Of a stretch of DNA of 64,000 nt, positions 29,381-39,511 are shown piece after piece; position 1 is the first letter of the stretch, and every line of letters begins with the position of its first letter. This DNA comes from Promethearchaeota archaeon (GTDB lineage: Archaea > Asgardarchaeota > Lokiarchaeia > Sigyniarchaeales > SOKP01): the NCBI GenBank assembly GCA_016839555.1, contig JAEOUA010000006.1, positions 224,001 through 288,000 on the forward strand, given 5' to 3'. A program made the translations under genes and the position numbers. The notes beneath the pieces were generated by a model that was given only the letters and a program-made list of their open reading frames with translations, was not told where the DNA came from and ran no database searches.

Positions 29381-31390
29381 ATGAATAAATATAAAAGAGA
29401 AAGAGGAATTTACTATACTCCTCAGAAAATTGCTGCTTATTTAACCAGAAAAGCCCTAATTTATTATTTGTATGATGATAATAATAAAATTATCGATTCT
29501 TTCAATCAATTGATTAGTTCTTTTAGGGGAAATCTTTCAAAACTACAGTATTCTATTAATTCTCTAAAAATATTGGATCCCGCATGCGGAACGGGAATAT
29601 TTTTGAAGTGTGCAGTTGACTTAATAACTGAATTAAAATTGAAAATTAGGAATTTTTTGGGAGAAAATAATCAAAATAATAACTTTACAAAAGCTCATAT
29701 GGAGCAAGATATAATTTTAAATAATATATATGGGGTAGATATCGATAAAAATGCTATTAGAAAGACCCAGCAATATTTTCTAGCAAAAATTAATATTTTT
29801 GATAATATAAGCATAGATCTTATGTCTAAGTTCAATGTGGGCAATAGTATCGTAAACGGGAGTTTTAAGACGATTAAAGGAATTAATTGGTATAATGAAT
29901 TTAAAAGTATCATGGATGAGGGAGGATTTGATATAATTATTGGAAATCCTCCTTGGGGCGCTGATTTAAGTGGGATACGAGAGTACTTACAAAAAGAATA
30001 TCCAATTGTCGCAAGGGGACAATTTGATTCATATTCCGTCTTTCTTTATATGGCTCTTAGAGACTTATTAAAAGAAAATGGTGTACTTGGGTTTGTTTTA
30101 CCGAATGAGTTTTGTTTTTTAGACCAATATAAATCATTTCGGGAATATTTATTAAATTTCGAGATTTGTGAGTTAATTAATTTAGGGTTTAATATTTTCA
30201 ATGACGTGCAGAAACCGGCCTTATTATTTCTCATTAAGAACTCTAAAAAAGAAGATTTAAATGAAAATAAAAAATCAAAGAAAATTTTTATTTCAGTAGG
30301 CATATCCGATGCAGAGAAAAAGATTTTATTAGCAAAACACACCAATCTCCAAGAAATAATAAAGAAAAAATCATATTTTCGATCTCAACAAGATTTTGTA
30401 GAAAATAGAAATTATATTTTCGATATCTTTTCAGACCCTATCGATAGGGAAATAATAGAAATTATAAAATCTCAAGATTTTCCTCCCTTGAAGCACTATT
30501 TTATTAATGGGCGAGGAATAGATACAAATAGGAAAGGAAAATATTTCATTTGTCCAAAATGTGGCCTTTTAAATCCACCATTCGGGAGAGGCCATTCTGG
30601 AAGAATTTCTGAAAAGAAATGTATTGCTGGCAATTGTAATTTTATTTTTCAAAAAAAGAACAAAGAACAATATGAAAAAATTGAATTAATTTCTGAAGAA
30701 GACTTTCCTAAAGCAGGCTATACCGCTCCAGGTTATATAGGAGAAGATTTGTATAAACTTCATTTTGCAAGAGCCCCTCGAGCTGTAAAATATTATGGAT
30801 ATAGATTTAATAATTCCGTTGATAAAAATCTTTTTCAGCGCTATTCCGGAATTCAATGGGGTAAACATGAATTATATGATGGTGAAAAATTATTAATGAG
30901 AAAAGTTTCCAGCGGGCATAACCTACAAGTTATGGTTCATAATGGTTTTCTCGTGACTAATCAACAAATCTATATTTTCAAAAAGAAAACCATATTCAAT
31001 TCTCTCTCGATTTATTATTTTCTAGGAGTTCTTGCTTCTCGATTAATCCATTATTACTATCTGAAACAATATGGAGATCCCGATAAAAAAGTATTACCTC
31101 ATTTTACTCAAGCTAATATTAAATCCCTCCCCATTCCTCTGGTAAGCATTGAAAATGTTGCTTATAAAAATATTGTTAACATTTCAAAAAAACTTACAGT
31201 AACGATTTCAAAATATTTCATGAACAACATGCATCCAAGGCTTAATATTAATAAAGAATTTATCCAAAAAATTGAGAGACTTTATGCAACATTAGATGAA
31301 AGTGTATTTTCAATCTTTAATATTGAAAATGACTATATAAAGCATGAGATTGTAATTCGAGCGAATAAAAATAGTTTTTCTCTCTTTTAA
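29381..31390 (+). CDS. N6-adenine DNA methyltransferase (gamma class, Eco57I/TaqI-like) with C-terminal TRD
   Basis: GIYYTP, LDPACGTGIF, YGVDID, IGNPPW; no nuclease domain evident. Confidence 0.9.
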   Translation: MNKYKRERGIYYTPQKIAAYLTRKALIYYLYDDNNKIIDSFNQLISSFRGNLSKLQYSINSLKILDPACGTGIFLKCAVDLITELKLKIRNFLGENNQNNNFTKAHMEQDIILNNIYGVDIDKNAIRKTQQYFLAKINIFDNISIDLMSKFNVGNSIVNGSFKTIKGINWYNEFKSIMDEGGFDIIIGNPPWGADLSGIREYLQKEYPIVARGQFDSYSVFLYMALRDLLKENGVLGFVLPNEFCFLDQYKSFREYLLNFEICELINLGFNIFNDVQKPALLFLIKNSKKEDLNENKKSKKIFISVGISDAEKKILLAKHTNLQEIIKKKSYFRSQQDFVENRNYIFDIFSDPIDREIIEIIKSQDFPPLKHYFINGRGIDTNRKGKYFICPKCGLLNPPFGRGHSGRISEKKCIAGNCNFIFQKKNKEQYEKIELISEEDFPKAGYTAPGYIGEDLYKLHFARAPRAVKYYGYRFNNSVDKNLFQRYSGIQWGKHELYDGEKLLMRKVSSGHNLQVMVHNGFLVTNQQIYIFKKKTIFNSLSIYYFLGVLASRLIHYYYLKQYGDPDKKVLPHFTQANIKSLPIPLVSIENVAYKNIVNISKKLTVTISKYFMNNMHPRLNINKEFIQKIERLYATLDESVFSIFNIENDYIKHEIVIRANKNSFSLF

Positions 31391-31499
31391 ATATTAACAT
31401 CAAAATAGTCATAACCTAAAAATTAAATAAAAATCCATTCTATTTTTATTATTATATTTATAATAAAAGTTACCAATTCCTTATAGAAATTTAAATCCT

Positions 31500-31823
31500 A
31501 TGTCTCAACAAGAAAAATTGTATAACCTACTCTCTAAAAATGAACAGCTTGAATGTAAAACTAAATTATTAGAAGTGACATTAAATCAAAGAGAGCTTAT
31601 CATAGAAAATTTAAAGCGCCAACTTCTAAAAATCATGGAAAAGTTGGAAAAAAGGGAATTTATAATTAAATCATTAACCGAAAAATCCAACAAATTGGAG
31701 GTTATGATGAGAGAAAAAGACAGTACGATTAAAGATTTGAAACAATCTGTCCAAAATTTAGAGTTATTATATAATAAAGCTCAAAAGACTCTTAAAAAAT
31801 TGAAAATCAAAAATAAAAAGTAA
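31500..31823 (+). CDS. coiled-coil protein
   Basis: Continuous heptad pattern. Confidence 0.6.
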   Translation: MSQQEKLYNLLSKNEQLECKTKLLEVTLNQRELIIENLKRQLLKIMEKLEKREFIIKSLTEKSNKLEVMMREKDSTIKDLKQSVQNLELLYNKAQKTLKKLKIKNKK

Positions 31824-31862
31824 GATTTCAACGATTTTTTAAAAAAAAACCAATTATTCTAT

Positions 31863-32267
31863 TTACATAAATCTCTCAGCTCTCTTAGTCCCGCGAATAT
31901 GTTCTTCAAGATCTATCTTAAGAATGTCCTTCACTCTCTTTTGTATTTCTTCTGATAAATCCTCTAGCTTAAAATAATTATGTTCGAAACAATAATGAAT
32001 CACCCCGATTGTGTCACTATAATCGAAATATTTAGCTTGAGGTAAACGCCCGTGTTCATCACGTTTAATTTTAATTTGTTCTGCTGGATAAAAGATGGCA
32101 TTCTTTAAACATTTTTGTTTTTTTAGGTTTTTAATAAACACAGATTCCACTTTTCCGGGTAAAATCGTGTCAATCCATAGCACCATTCCATATAATATAT
32201 TTCCATCAGGTACTTCAATAAGCCTATCTCCGCACTGGATGGATTCTAATAGTATAAAATCCCTCAT
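31863..32267 (-). CDS. hypothetical protein (start likely MRDF at 32267 rather than 32390)
   Basis: Globular-looking sequence after M42 of the ORF-track call. Confidence 0.5.
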   Translation of the reverse strand: MRDFILLESIQCGDRLIEVPDGNILYGMVLWIDTILPGKVESVFIKNLKKQKCLKNAIFYPAEQIKIKRDEHGRLPQAKYFDYSDTIGVIHYCFEHNYFKLEDLSEEIQKRVKDILKIDLEEHIRGTKRAERFM

Positions 32268-32399
32268 AATAGTAACTTTTAACCCAAAAGATAATCCAAT
32301 ATATCTAGAGCCATCTAAATAATCCGATATGTTTTTAAAGAAACATAAATATGAAAGCCTTTTCATATATTCATATATATAAAAACCCATTTATATATA

Positions 32400-32561
32400 A
32401 AGGCTGAGGGATCATATTTAAGTAAAAAAAAGAGAAGAAGAGAGTTTAAATCCGAATCTTTTTTGAAGAAAAAGTTTATATTAAACTTATTTTTAATTAT
32501 TTTTAGTTTAATAGAGGGCGAAATCCAATGTTGGATTCGGATTCATCACTTCCTCAGCTTT
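32400..32561. ncRNA. nested inverted-repeat element: candidate structured RNA (K-turn/C-D-like) or MITE
   Basis: 32400-32411 pairs with 32550-32561, and 32449-32458 pairs perfectly with 32534-32543. Confidence 0.4.
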
Positions 32562-32688
32562 AATTTATTAATATTAACATATATTTATATAATTTTATTT
32601 TATTTTATATATGTTCTACCATCACGAACAAATAAAAATCTATATATCATTTAGATTAATTATATAGTTAACATTTTGGATTATAATT

Positions 32689-32814
32689 ATGAAAAAAAGA
32701 TGCAAAAAATGTGGGATGATACGTGCTTTGAAAGACTTAGTTCATTTAGCTGACAATACCTATCTCTGTTTTTCATGTTGGAACAAACAAAATAAAGCTG
32801 AAGACGAGAAATAG
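32689..32814 (+). CDS. 41-aa zinc-finger microprotein (not in the ORF track)
   Basis: MKKRCKKCGMIRALKDLVHLADNTYLCFSCWNKQNKAEDEK*; CxxC...CxxC. Confidence 0.75.
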   Translation: MKKRCKKCGMIRALKDLVHLADNTYLCFSCWNKQNKAEDEK

Positions 32815-32909
32815 ATTGATATATCTCTTTATTATGGCAAAATATAAGTATATAAATGAACTTAAAGAAAACTTTTTGAAATGGGAAAGCTGTTATTTGA
32901 GTTTACATT

Positions 32910-33128
32910 TTAATAGTCAAGAAGATATGTGTATTTTGGTAAATCAAACGGTTCAATTATAATTTTCTCTTGAGAAGCCTTTTCATCTGGAAGAGGTAGA
33001 GGTATTTTAATGACTAATTTCTCATTTTTAAGATAGATATTATCATAAAATATTTCTGTTTTTTTATCCAAGTCAATAAATTTACTTATGTTAATATCCT
33101 CTTTCTTTAAAGGTTCTAGGAAAGCCAC
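32910..33128 (-). CDS. small protein with weak resemblance to the Hsp20 C-terminal half
   Basis: GGAGG RBS before GTG; YLKNEKLVIKIP and an IxI-like EKIIIE. Confidence 0.5.
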   Translation of the reverse strand: MAFLEPLKKEDINISKFIDLDKKTEIFYDNIYLKNEKLVIKIPLPLPDEKASQEKIIIEPFDLPKYTYLLDY

Positions 33129-33380
33129 CTATTTATTTCCTCCCTCTTTTTCGAGCTTAATTAATTTAGGGAACCGAATCATTACATTTTGACTGTTACT
33201 CGGCCCTTAATAAAGTCTAGCGCATTAAATTTACGCATTGGACTTGATTTCAAATAGATTTTGGAATAAATTTAAAATCCACATATTATATGAATACTTT
33301 AATATTTAAATTTAACCCGAATATTTTATATTTTTAAATGAAATTATTAATAAGTTTTGAAATTTTTATAGGTATAAGAT

Positions 33381-35357
33381 ATGGATAAAGGTTATTTTGG
33401 TAAGATTTTATGGATAAATCTCTCTCAGGGAGAGATAGAGTTCAAAGACATAAATATTTCCGATGAAACATATCGTCAATATATTGGGGGTTATGGATTA
33501 GGTTGTAAAATTTTATTTGAGCATATGAAGCCCAAAATTGATCCATTTAGTGAGAATTCTTTATTAGGATTTTTTCCAGGATTATTAACTGGTACAATGG
33601 CTTCATTAACCGGAAGGTATATGGTAGTGGGAAAATCTCCATTAACAGGATCCTGGGGTGATGCAAACAGTGGGGGAACCTTTGGTCCTGAGATTAAGAA
33701 ATGCGGCTATGATGGAATTATTATAGAAGGGAAAGCAGATACTCCGAAATATGTTTCAATAATAGAAGGACAGAAAGAGATTATAGATGCTTCTGAAATT
33801 TGGGGCTCAAATATTGTCACGGCAGAAGAGAGGCTACAAGAAAAGCATGGGAAATATATCAAAACAGCAGGAATAGGACAGGCAGGAGAAAAACTCTCAA
33901 AGATATCTGGAATCGTTAACGATCGAGGGCGAATAGCAGCCCGATGTGGTCTAGGCGCGATAATGGGATCGAAAAACCTTAAAGCGTTAATCTTAAAAGG
34001 ATCTGAAAAAATCCCGATATATGACAAGAAAAGACTTATAGATTTAACAAAAGAATATAATAAGGTGGTAGGCCAAGAAGAACCGGGATTCTTTTCTAAA
34101 TTAATCTTAAATATTATACCAAACATGGGAAAATTATTGCGTCGATTAGGTGTAAATATGGCTGGATCGGGAGGATTAGTAAGGACTATTTATCATAATT
34201 TTGGGACCTCCCTTGCTAATACTTTGAGTGCTGAAATAGGAGACTCACCAGTGAAGAATTGGGGGGGAATAGGTCAGTATGATTTTCCCATGGAAAAATC
34301 CAAAGCAATCTCAGCAAATGAAATTATAGAATACAAATTAAAGGAGTATGGGTGTTTTAGTTGTCCAATACAATGCGGGGGGATTTGTAAGGTTCCCGAG
34401 CTTGATCTTGAGGAGACACATCAGCCAGAATATGAGACTTGTGCTGCTTTTGGAACGATGCTTCTTAATAATGATTTAATGTCATTATTTAAGATAAATG
34501 AGATGTGTAATCGAGCGGGATTAGATACTATTTCTACGGGCACTACTGTTGCATTTGCAATTGAATGTTTTGAGAATGGAATATTAAATTTGGAAGATAC
34601 TGATGGCTTAGATTTAAGCTGGGGAAATTCAGAAGCCATTGTAGCCATAGTAAAAAAAATTATAGATAGAGAGGGTATCGGGGATCTTTTAGCGGATGGG
34701 GTGAAAATTGCTGCTCAAAAGATTGGGAAAGGAAGTGAGAAATATGCTATAGAATCAATGGGTCAAGAAATTGCAATGCACAACCCCAGATTGTTAAACT
34801 CATTAGCGTTTTCATATGCATACGATCCCACTCCGGGACGACATACGACAGCAAGCATTGACTATCTTGAGATGGCTAAAATTGATAAGAATAAATATAT
34901 TGAGGGTTTTTCTTACCCGAAAGGGTGGAAGAAAGAAGATAAAAAGAAAGTTAAAGCACAAAAGCTGACTACAGAACTCCATCAAATTATAAGTTGTGCC
35001 GGATTATGCCAATTTACGAGCTTCTTTGGAAAATATCCCTTGGTAGAATTTATTAATGCATATACTGGCTGGGATATTAGCTTGGAAGAATTACTTAGGA
35101 GTGGATATAGGATCCAGACTCTTCGCCAAGCTTTCGCAGTAAGAGAGGGAATAAATTTTGGGGAGAATGAATTACCAGGGAGGGTAACTGGACATCCTCC
35201 CGATGAGAGGGGTCCTACGAAAGGGATTTCTGTTGAATATAAGCAATTTTATCGTGATTATTGCAAGGAAATGGGATGGAATGAGGAAAATGGATATCCT
35301 CTTAAAGAAACCCTTAATAAATTAGATTTAGAATTTGCTATAAAGGATCTCTACTGA
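33381..35357 (+). CDS. aor: tungsten aldehyde:ferredoxin oxidoreductase family
   Basis: KSPLTG, GAIMGSKNLKA, CFSCPIQC, PEYET, GLDTISTG. Confidence 0.93.
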   Translation: MDKGYFGKILWINLSQGEIEFKDINISDETYRQYIGGYGLGCKILFEHMKPKIDPFSENSLLGFFPGLLTGTMASLTGRYMVVGKSPLTGSWGDANSGGTFGPEIKKCGYDGIIIEGKADTPKYVSIIEGQKEIIDASEIWGSNIVTAEERLQEKHGKYIKTAGIGQAGEKLSKISGIVNDRGRIAARCGLGAIMGSKNLKALILKGSEKIPIYDKKRLIDLTKEYNKVVGQEEPGFFSKLILNIIPNMGKLLRRLGVNMAGSGGLVRTIYHNFGTSLANTLSAEIGDSPVKNWGGIGQYDFPMEKSKAISANEIIEYKLKEYGCFSCPIQCGGICKVPELDLEETHQPEYETCAAFGTMLLNNDLMSLFKINEMCNRAGLDTISTGTTVAFAIECFENGILNLEDTDGLDLSWGNSEAIVAIVKKIIDREGIGDLLADGVKIAAQKIGKGSEKYAIESMGQEIAMHNPRLLNSLAFSYAYDPTPGRHTTASIDYLEMAKIDKNKYIEGFSYPKGWKKEDKKKVKAQKLTTELHQIISCAGLCQFTSFFGKYPLVEFINAYTGWDISLEELLRSGYRIQTLRQAFAVREGINFGENELPGRVTGHPPDERGPTKGISVEYKQFYRDYCKEMGWNEENGYPLKETLNKLDLEFAIKDLY

Positions 35358-35412
35358 AATTTTCTTTTGTTTTATAAAATTTTATCAATCAGAAATCAGA
35401 AGAATAAATAGG

Positions 35413-35850
35413 ATGACTAAAAGAGAATTAGATCAATTTATAAAAAATTTAAATAAAAATAAATTAAAATCAGCAAGAAGATTCTCTGCTATTTCGGAAG
35501 TTCGAAATAAAGAGAGATTTCGGTTAAAAGTAAAAAATATATATATCCTTAAAGATATCCTTAAAGATACATATTTAATGGTTGTAAAGAACTATAAAAA
35601 AGACCCGAAATATAGATATTTCCTCGCCCACTCCTTAGCGTCTGTGAGTTCCGATTTGCTGGTTTATTTAGCTAAGGATTTTGCGGTAGAGCATGACCTT
35701 AAATTAATCCAATACAGTTTATATCCAAAACTTTTACGTTTGAACTTATTAAGTCTAAAAGAAATAATAGATATTGAAAATTACTCCAATATACTCACTC
35801 TTTTTAAGGAGTTTGACGATATCTTTAAAAAGAGATTAAAAAATATATAA
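35413..35850 (+). CDS. hypothetical protein
   Basis: 145 aa basic ORF between aor and pyk. Confidence 0.6.
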   Translation: MTKRELDQFIKNLNKNKLKSARRFSAISEVRNKERFRLKVKNIYILKDILKDTYLMVVKNYKKDPKYRYFLAHSLASVSSDLLVYLAKDFAVEHDLKLIQYSLYPKLLRLNLLSLKEIIDIENYSNILTLFKEFDDIFKKRLKNI

Positions 35851-35949
35851 AAGTTGATAATAAAAAACAAATAATTTTTAATGAATCTCTTTCAATAATT
35901 ATATTAACAAAATTATAAAGATTTTAAGAAATAGTTCGAGACCGATATT

Positions 35950-37410
35950 ATGTCTTTTCGTGAAAATACTATAAAAATAATTGCAACCTTAGGACCTGTG
36001 AGTGAAAACGAAGACACAATTAAAGATTTAATTAAAGCAGGAGTTGATATTTTTAGATTAAACTTTTCCCATGGTACTTATGAAGAAAAGGAAACTATTA
36101 TAAAAAAAATTAGAAAAATTAATAATAATGTTGCTATTATAGCTGATATTCAAGGCCCAAAAATTAGGGTGGGGAATTTTAAGAACGATGAATCCTTTCA
36201 TTTAACTACAGGAGAAGAGATTAAAATCTATGAAAAAGATATTTTAGGAGATAAAGGGCAATTTTCTATTCCTTTAGAAGGATTCTTGAATTCTATAGAT
36301 CAAGGAGATGTATTTTTCGTAAACGATGGAATAATTAAAATCAAGGTTAAAGAAAAAAAAGAAGAATATTTGATTGGAGAAATCCTAACAGGAGGAAATA
36401 TAAGTAGCAATAAAGGTGTAAATATTCCTTCTGGGGAATTAAAGCAGAAAGTTCCCACAGAAAAGGACATCAAAGATCTAGAATTCATTGCTACATTAAA
36501 TGTGGAATATGTTGCTATCTCATTTGTTTCAGGAGGAGATGACGTATTACGAGTTAAAAAACTTCTTGAAAATCAAGGGAATACTGATATTAAACTTATT
36601 TCTAAGATTGAACGTAGCGCAGCATTAGATAATTTTGATCAAATCCTCGAGGTATCTGATGCTATCATGGTGGCTCGAGGTGATTTAGGAGTAGAAATTT
36701 CGCCCGATCAAGTCCCACTAAAGCAAAAAGAATTAATTTATAGGTGTAATAGGGAGGGAAAACCAGTTATTGTTGCTACTCAAATGTTGGAGTCCATGAC
36801 TAACTCTCCCATACCTACTCGAGCAGAGGCTGCTGATGTGTTTAATGCCGTACTGGACGGTACAGATGCTGTAATGCTTTCCGGAGAAACTGCCATAGGA
36901 AAATATCCTATAAATGCGGTGCTTTTTATGAATCGTATTGCATATACCGCTAATGAAAACATGCCCATGAGGATCCCGGATGAATATGATTCTGATAGAT
37001 TAACCCATACTCAGACTTTGGGACATGCGATTCATTCATTAGCAAAAGAAATGCAAGAACTTAATTTTCGTGGCAAGATTCTTGTTATTACTCGTGGTGG
37101 TTATGGCGCTCGCATGATCTCTAAATATAGACCTCATTTACCCATCATAGCAATAACACCTTTTAAAAAAACTGCTCGAGAATTAAATCTTGTATATGGA
37201 GTCCAACCATATCATATTGCAAATATCGATTTCTTTCAAATGGACGCAGAAAGTATTATTACACATTCGGTAAGATATGCTGTCAATATAGGAGCGGTAG
37301 ACGAGAATGAACATGTCATTATTTTATTGGTATCGAGGAAATATGAGGAAAGGGGAAACCTCGTTGGGCTTTATTATGTTGGAGAAATCTTAGAAAAATC
37401 CAATAAATAA
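35950..37410 (+). CDS. pyk: pyruvate kinase
   Basis: ATLGP, RLNFSHG, DIQGPKIR, ISKIE, MVARGDLG, ATQMLESM, DAVMLSGETA. Confidence 0.98.
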   Translation: MSFRENTIKIIATLGPVSENEDTIKDLIKAGVDIFRLNFSHGTYEEKETIIKKIRKINNNVAIIADIQGPKIRVGNFKNDESFHLTTGEEIKIYEKDILGDKGQFSIPLEGFLNSIDQGDVFFVNDGIIKIKVKEKKEEYLIGEILTGGNISSNKGVNIPSGELKQKVPTEKDIKDLEFIATLNVEYVAISFVSGGDDVLRVKKLLENQGNTDIKLISKIERSAALDNFDQILEVSDAIMVARGDLGVEISPDQVPLKQKELIYRCNREGKPVIVATQMLESMTNSPIPTRAEAADVFNAVLDGTDAVMLSGETAIGKYPINAVLFMNRIAYTANENMPMRIPDEYDSDRLTHTQTLGHAIHSLAKEMQELNFRGKILVITRGGYGARMISKYRPHLPIIAITPFKKTARELNLVYGVQPYHIANIDFFQMDAESIITHSVRYAVNIGAVDENEHVIILLVSRKYEERGNLVGLYYVGEILEKSNK

Positions 37411-37533
37411 GAATAGAATAAATTAATAGAACAAAGCTATTCTTTTTTATTAAAGGTCGACAAATTTGTAGGCATAAAAGATAAAGATACAACCCTATAG
37501 TTATAATTAGATTAAAAAAAGAAAAAAAATTAA

Positions 37534-38433
37534 TTATTCATTTCCAGATATAAAAATATTTCCAGTGATAATAGCGCACAAGAATTCATAATTGTGTTCT
37601 GCCGGATGATTTGACGATCTATATTCATTTGTAATTCCTGAAACAGCATAATTTAAGAATTCGGCACTTACATTATTACTTGTATCAGAATACTCTATAA
37701 ATATATTCCCTGTAACTATTCCTATGATTCCATCTACATTCGAATTCATAGCTTCATGTTGATTAATACTAAAAAAGATATTCCCGGTTATTCCGTAAAT
37801 ATCGAAATTACAATCATATTGATATGTAGAATTAAGGGATGAGACACTTATTAGTCCATTTATTACTCCAATAGACACATCTCCACCCAGAATTGCATTG
37901 GTAAGATCAGCTTTAATATTTCCTGTGGTACTGAAGAGTCGTAAATTATTAATTTCATTATTTCCAGGAAAGGAAGTAAAAATATTTCCACTCACCGTTG
38001 ACAATTGCACCGTTCCTAAAGAAACATTTTCTGGGACGTTCAGTAATATCGAGCCGTTATTGATAAAAATATTCAGATTATATTTTATATCCGTACGTAA
38101 TTGAACTTTAAGAATTTCTGTTTTTTCAGGAATAAGTATTGTTGATTGATTTTGAGTTTGATAGCTAAATTGAGGGATTCCGATCATATTTTCATAGCCT
38201 AATTGTACAATAAGCTTTTCCTCCATTGGCGTGCTATTATAGCCAACAATCACATCACAAACTCCCACGTCAATCAAAAGATCTTCGTAAGATCCCTGTG
38301 TTTTTGAATAAATATAATTTTGCGAGGGCTCCGAATTTGCTATTGCAGCATACACAAAATAGGATGACACCAAAATACCAGTCGTGATTAATGCCGCAAC
38401 GATTAATATTGGGATTGCTATTTTTTTTTTCAT
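37534..38433 (-). CDS. secreted/anchored beta-repeat protein (DUF4097 adhesin-like)
   Basis: N-terminal TM; repeated xxGNI units (VSGNI, TTGNI, ITGNI, VTGNI). Confidence 0.7.
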   Translation of the reverse strand: MKKKIAIPILIVAALITTGILVSSYFVYAAIANSEPSQNYIYSKTQGSYEDLLIDVGVCDVIVGYNSTPMEEKLIVQLGYENMIGIPQFSYQTQNQSTILIPEKTEILKVQLRTDIKYNLNIFINNGSILLNVPENVSLGTVQLSTVSGNIFTSFPGNNEINNLRLFSTTGNIKADLTNAILGGDVSIGVINGLISVSSLNSTYQYDCNFDIYGITGNIFFSINQHEAMNSNVDGIIGIVTGNIFIEYSDTSNNVSAEFLNYAVSGITNEYRSSNHPAEHNYEFLCAIITGNIFISGNE

Positions 38434-38712
38434 TTTTTTTTAGATTTCGAATAAGTAATTTACTTATGTTGAAGATATCTGATTTTATTTTTAAATTAAA
38501 TTTAAGCCAATCTTTGTCAATTGGTGCATTTTAATTTTTTGGTAAAACCACCATAAAAAAAAAAGATTTAATGATTTTCTTTAAAAAAAGTCATTTATTT
38601 CCTATAAGAAATTCTTTCGATCATTTTTTATAGCATAATTAACCATTAAGATATACTTATAGATTCAGAACATAATATTTAAATAGTTGAAATTATTTTG
38701 TAATAATAAGGA

Positions 38713-38737
38713 TGATGTAAAGAATCGATTTACATCA
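38713..38737. promoter_or_regulatory. perfect 9-bp inverted repeat upstream of grpE
   Basis: TGATGTAAA-GAATCGA-TTTACATCA. Confidence 0.55.
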
Positions 38738-38759
38738 AAACCTTTACAAAAAAAAACGA

Positions 38760-39422
38760 TTGATAAAAATGGTATTTGGAAACAAATTCGATAAAATATT
38801 CGATCCTCAAAAAAATTTACGTTCAAATGACCGAAAGAATAGCATAACATTAGAAGAATTAGAAAAGCTTAAAGAAAACGCGAAAAAATATATTTCTTGT
38901 AAAAATAAAAATGAAGAATTAACCCGAAAAAATAAGGAATTAGAGGAAAAAATTAAAGTTCTGTCAGAAAAAGTCGACGAATTAAAAGATAAAAACGAAA
39001 ATTATTTACAGCGATTGCAAAGACTTCAAGCTGATTTCGAAAATTATAGAAAACGCATAGATCGAGATAATGCTAATCACAAACGATATGCAACAGAGAG
39101 GATTCTTAAAAAGTTAATTAATCATTATGATGATTTGAAAAGGGCAAAGAAAGTAATTAATGCTCTTAAGGTCGAAGATTCGGTGAAGAAAGGATTTGAA
39201 ATGATTACTAAGAATTTTAAAAAGTTATTAGAGGAAGAAGGAGTAAAAGCTATGAAGTGCGAAGGTGAAAAATTTGATCCGTATAAACATGATGCAATGA
39301 TGGTAATGCAAAACGAAAGTGTTCCAGAAAATACAGTACTTGAAGAATTAGAAAAGGGATATTATTTTGATAAAGAGGTCTTACGACCAGCAAAAGTAGT
39401 GGTTTCCAAAAAATCATGTTAA
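38760..39422 (+). CDS. grpE: nucleotide exchange factor GrpE
   Basis: RLQADFENYRKR, FDPYKHDAM, GY...VLRPAKVVV. Confidence 0.96.
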   Translation: MIKMVFGNKFDKIFDPQKNLRSNDRKNSITLEELEKLKENAKKYISCKNKNEELTRKNKELEEKIKVLSEKVDELKDKNENYLQRLQRLQADFENYRKRIDRDNANHKRYATERILKKLINHYDDLKRAKKVINALKVEDSVKKGFEMITKNFKKLLEEEGVKAMKCEGEKFDPYKHDAMMVMQNESVPENTVLEELEKGYYFDKEVLRPAKVVVSKKSC

Positions 39423-39511
39423 TTTAATTATTTAAATTAAAAATAAAGTAGAAAAACCAAAATATAAAAATTTATAAATAAAAATTAAAAAACTATAAGG
39501 AGTGAAAAATT

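Noticed and set aside
32463-32654. 63-aa + strand ORF
   Set aside because: Low-complexity hydrophobic translation overlapping the inverted-repeat element; no RBS or motif.
38451-38467. ATAAGTAA-T-TTACTTAT palindrome upstream of the DUF4097 gene
   Set aside because: Almost entirely A/T, plausible by chance, and no cognate regulator nearby.
38434-38760. CIRCE element before grpE
   Set aside because: No TTAGCACTC-N9-GAGTGCTAA match, and no hrcA in the window.
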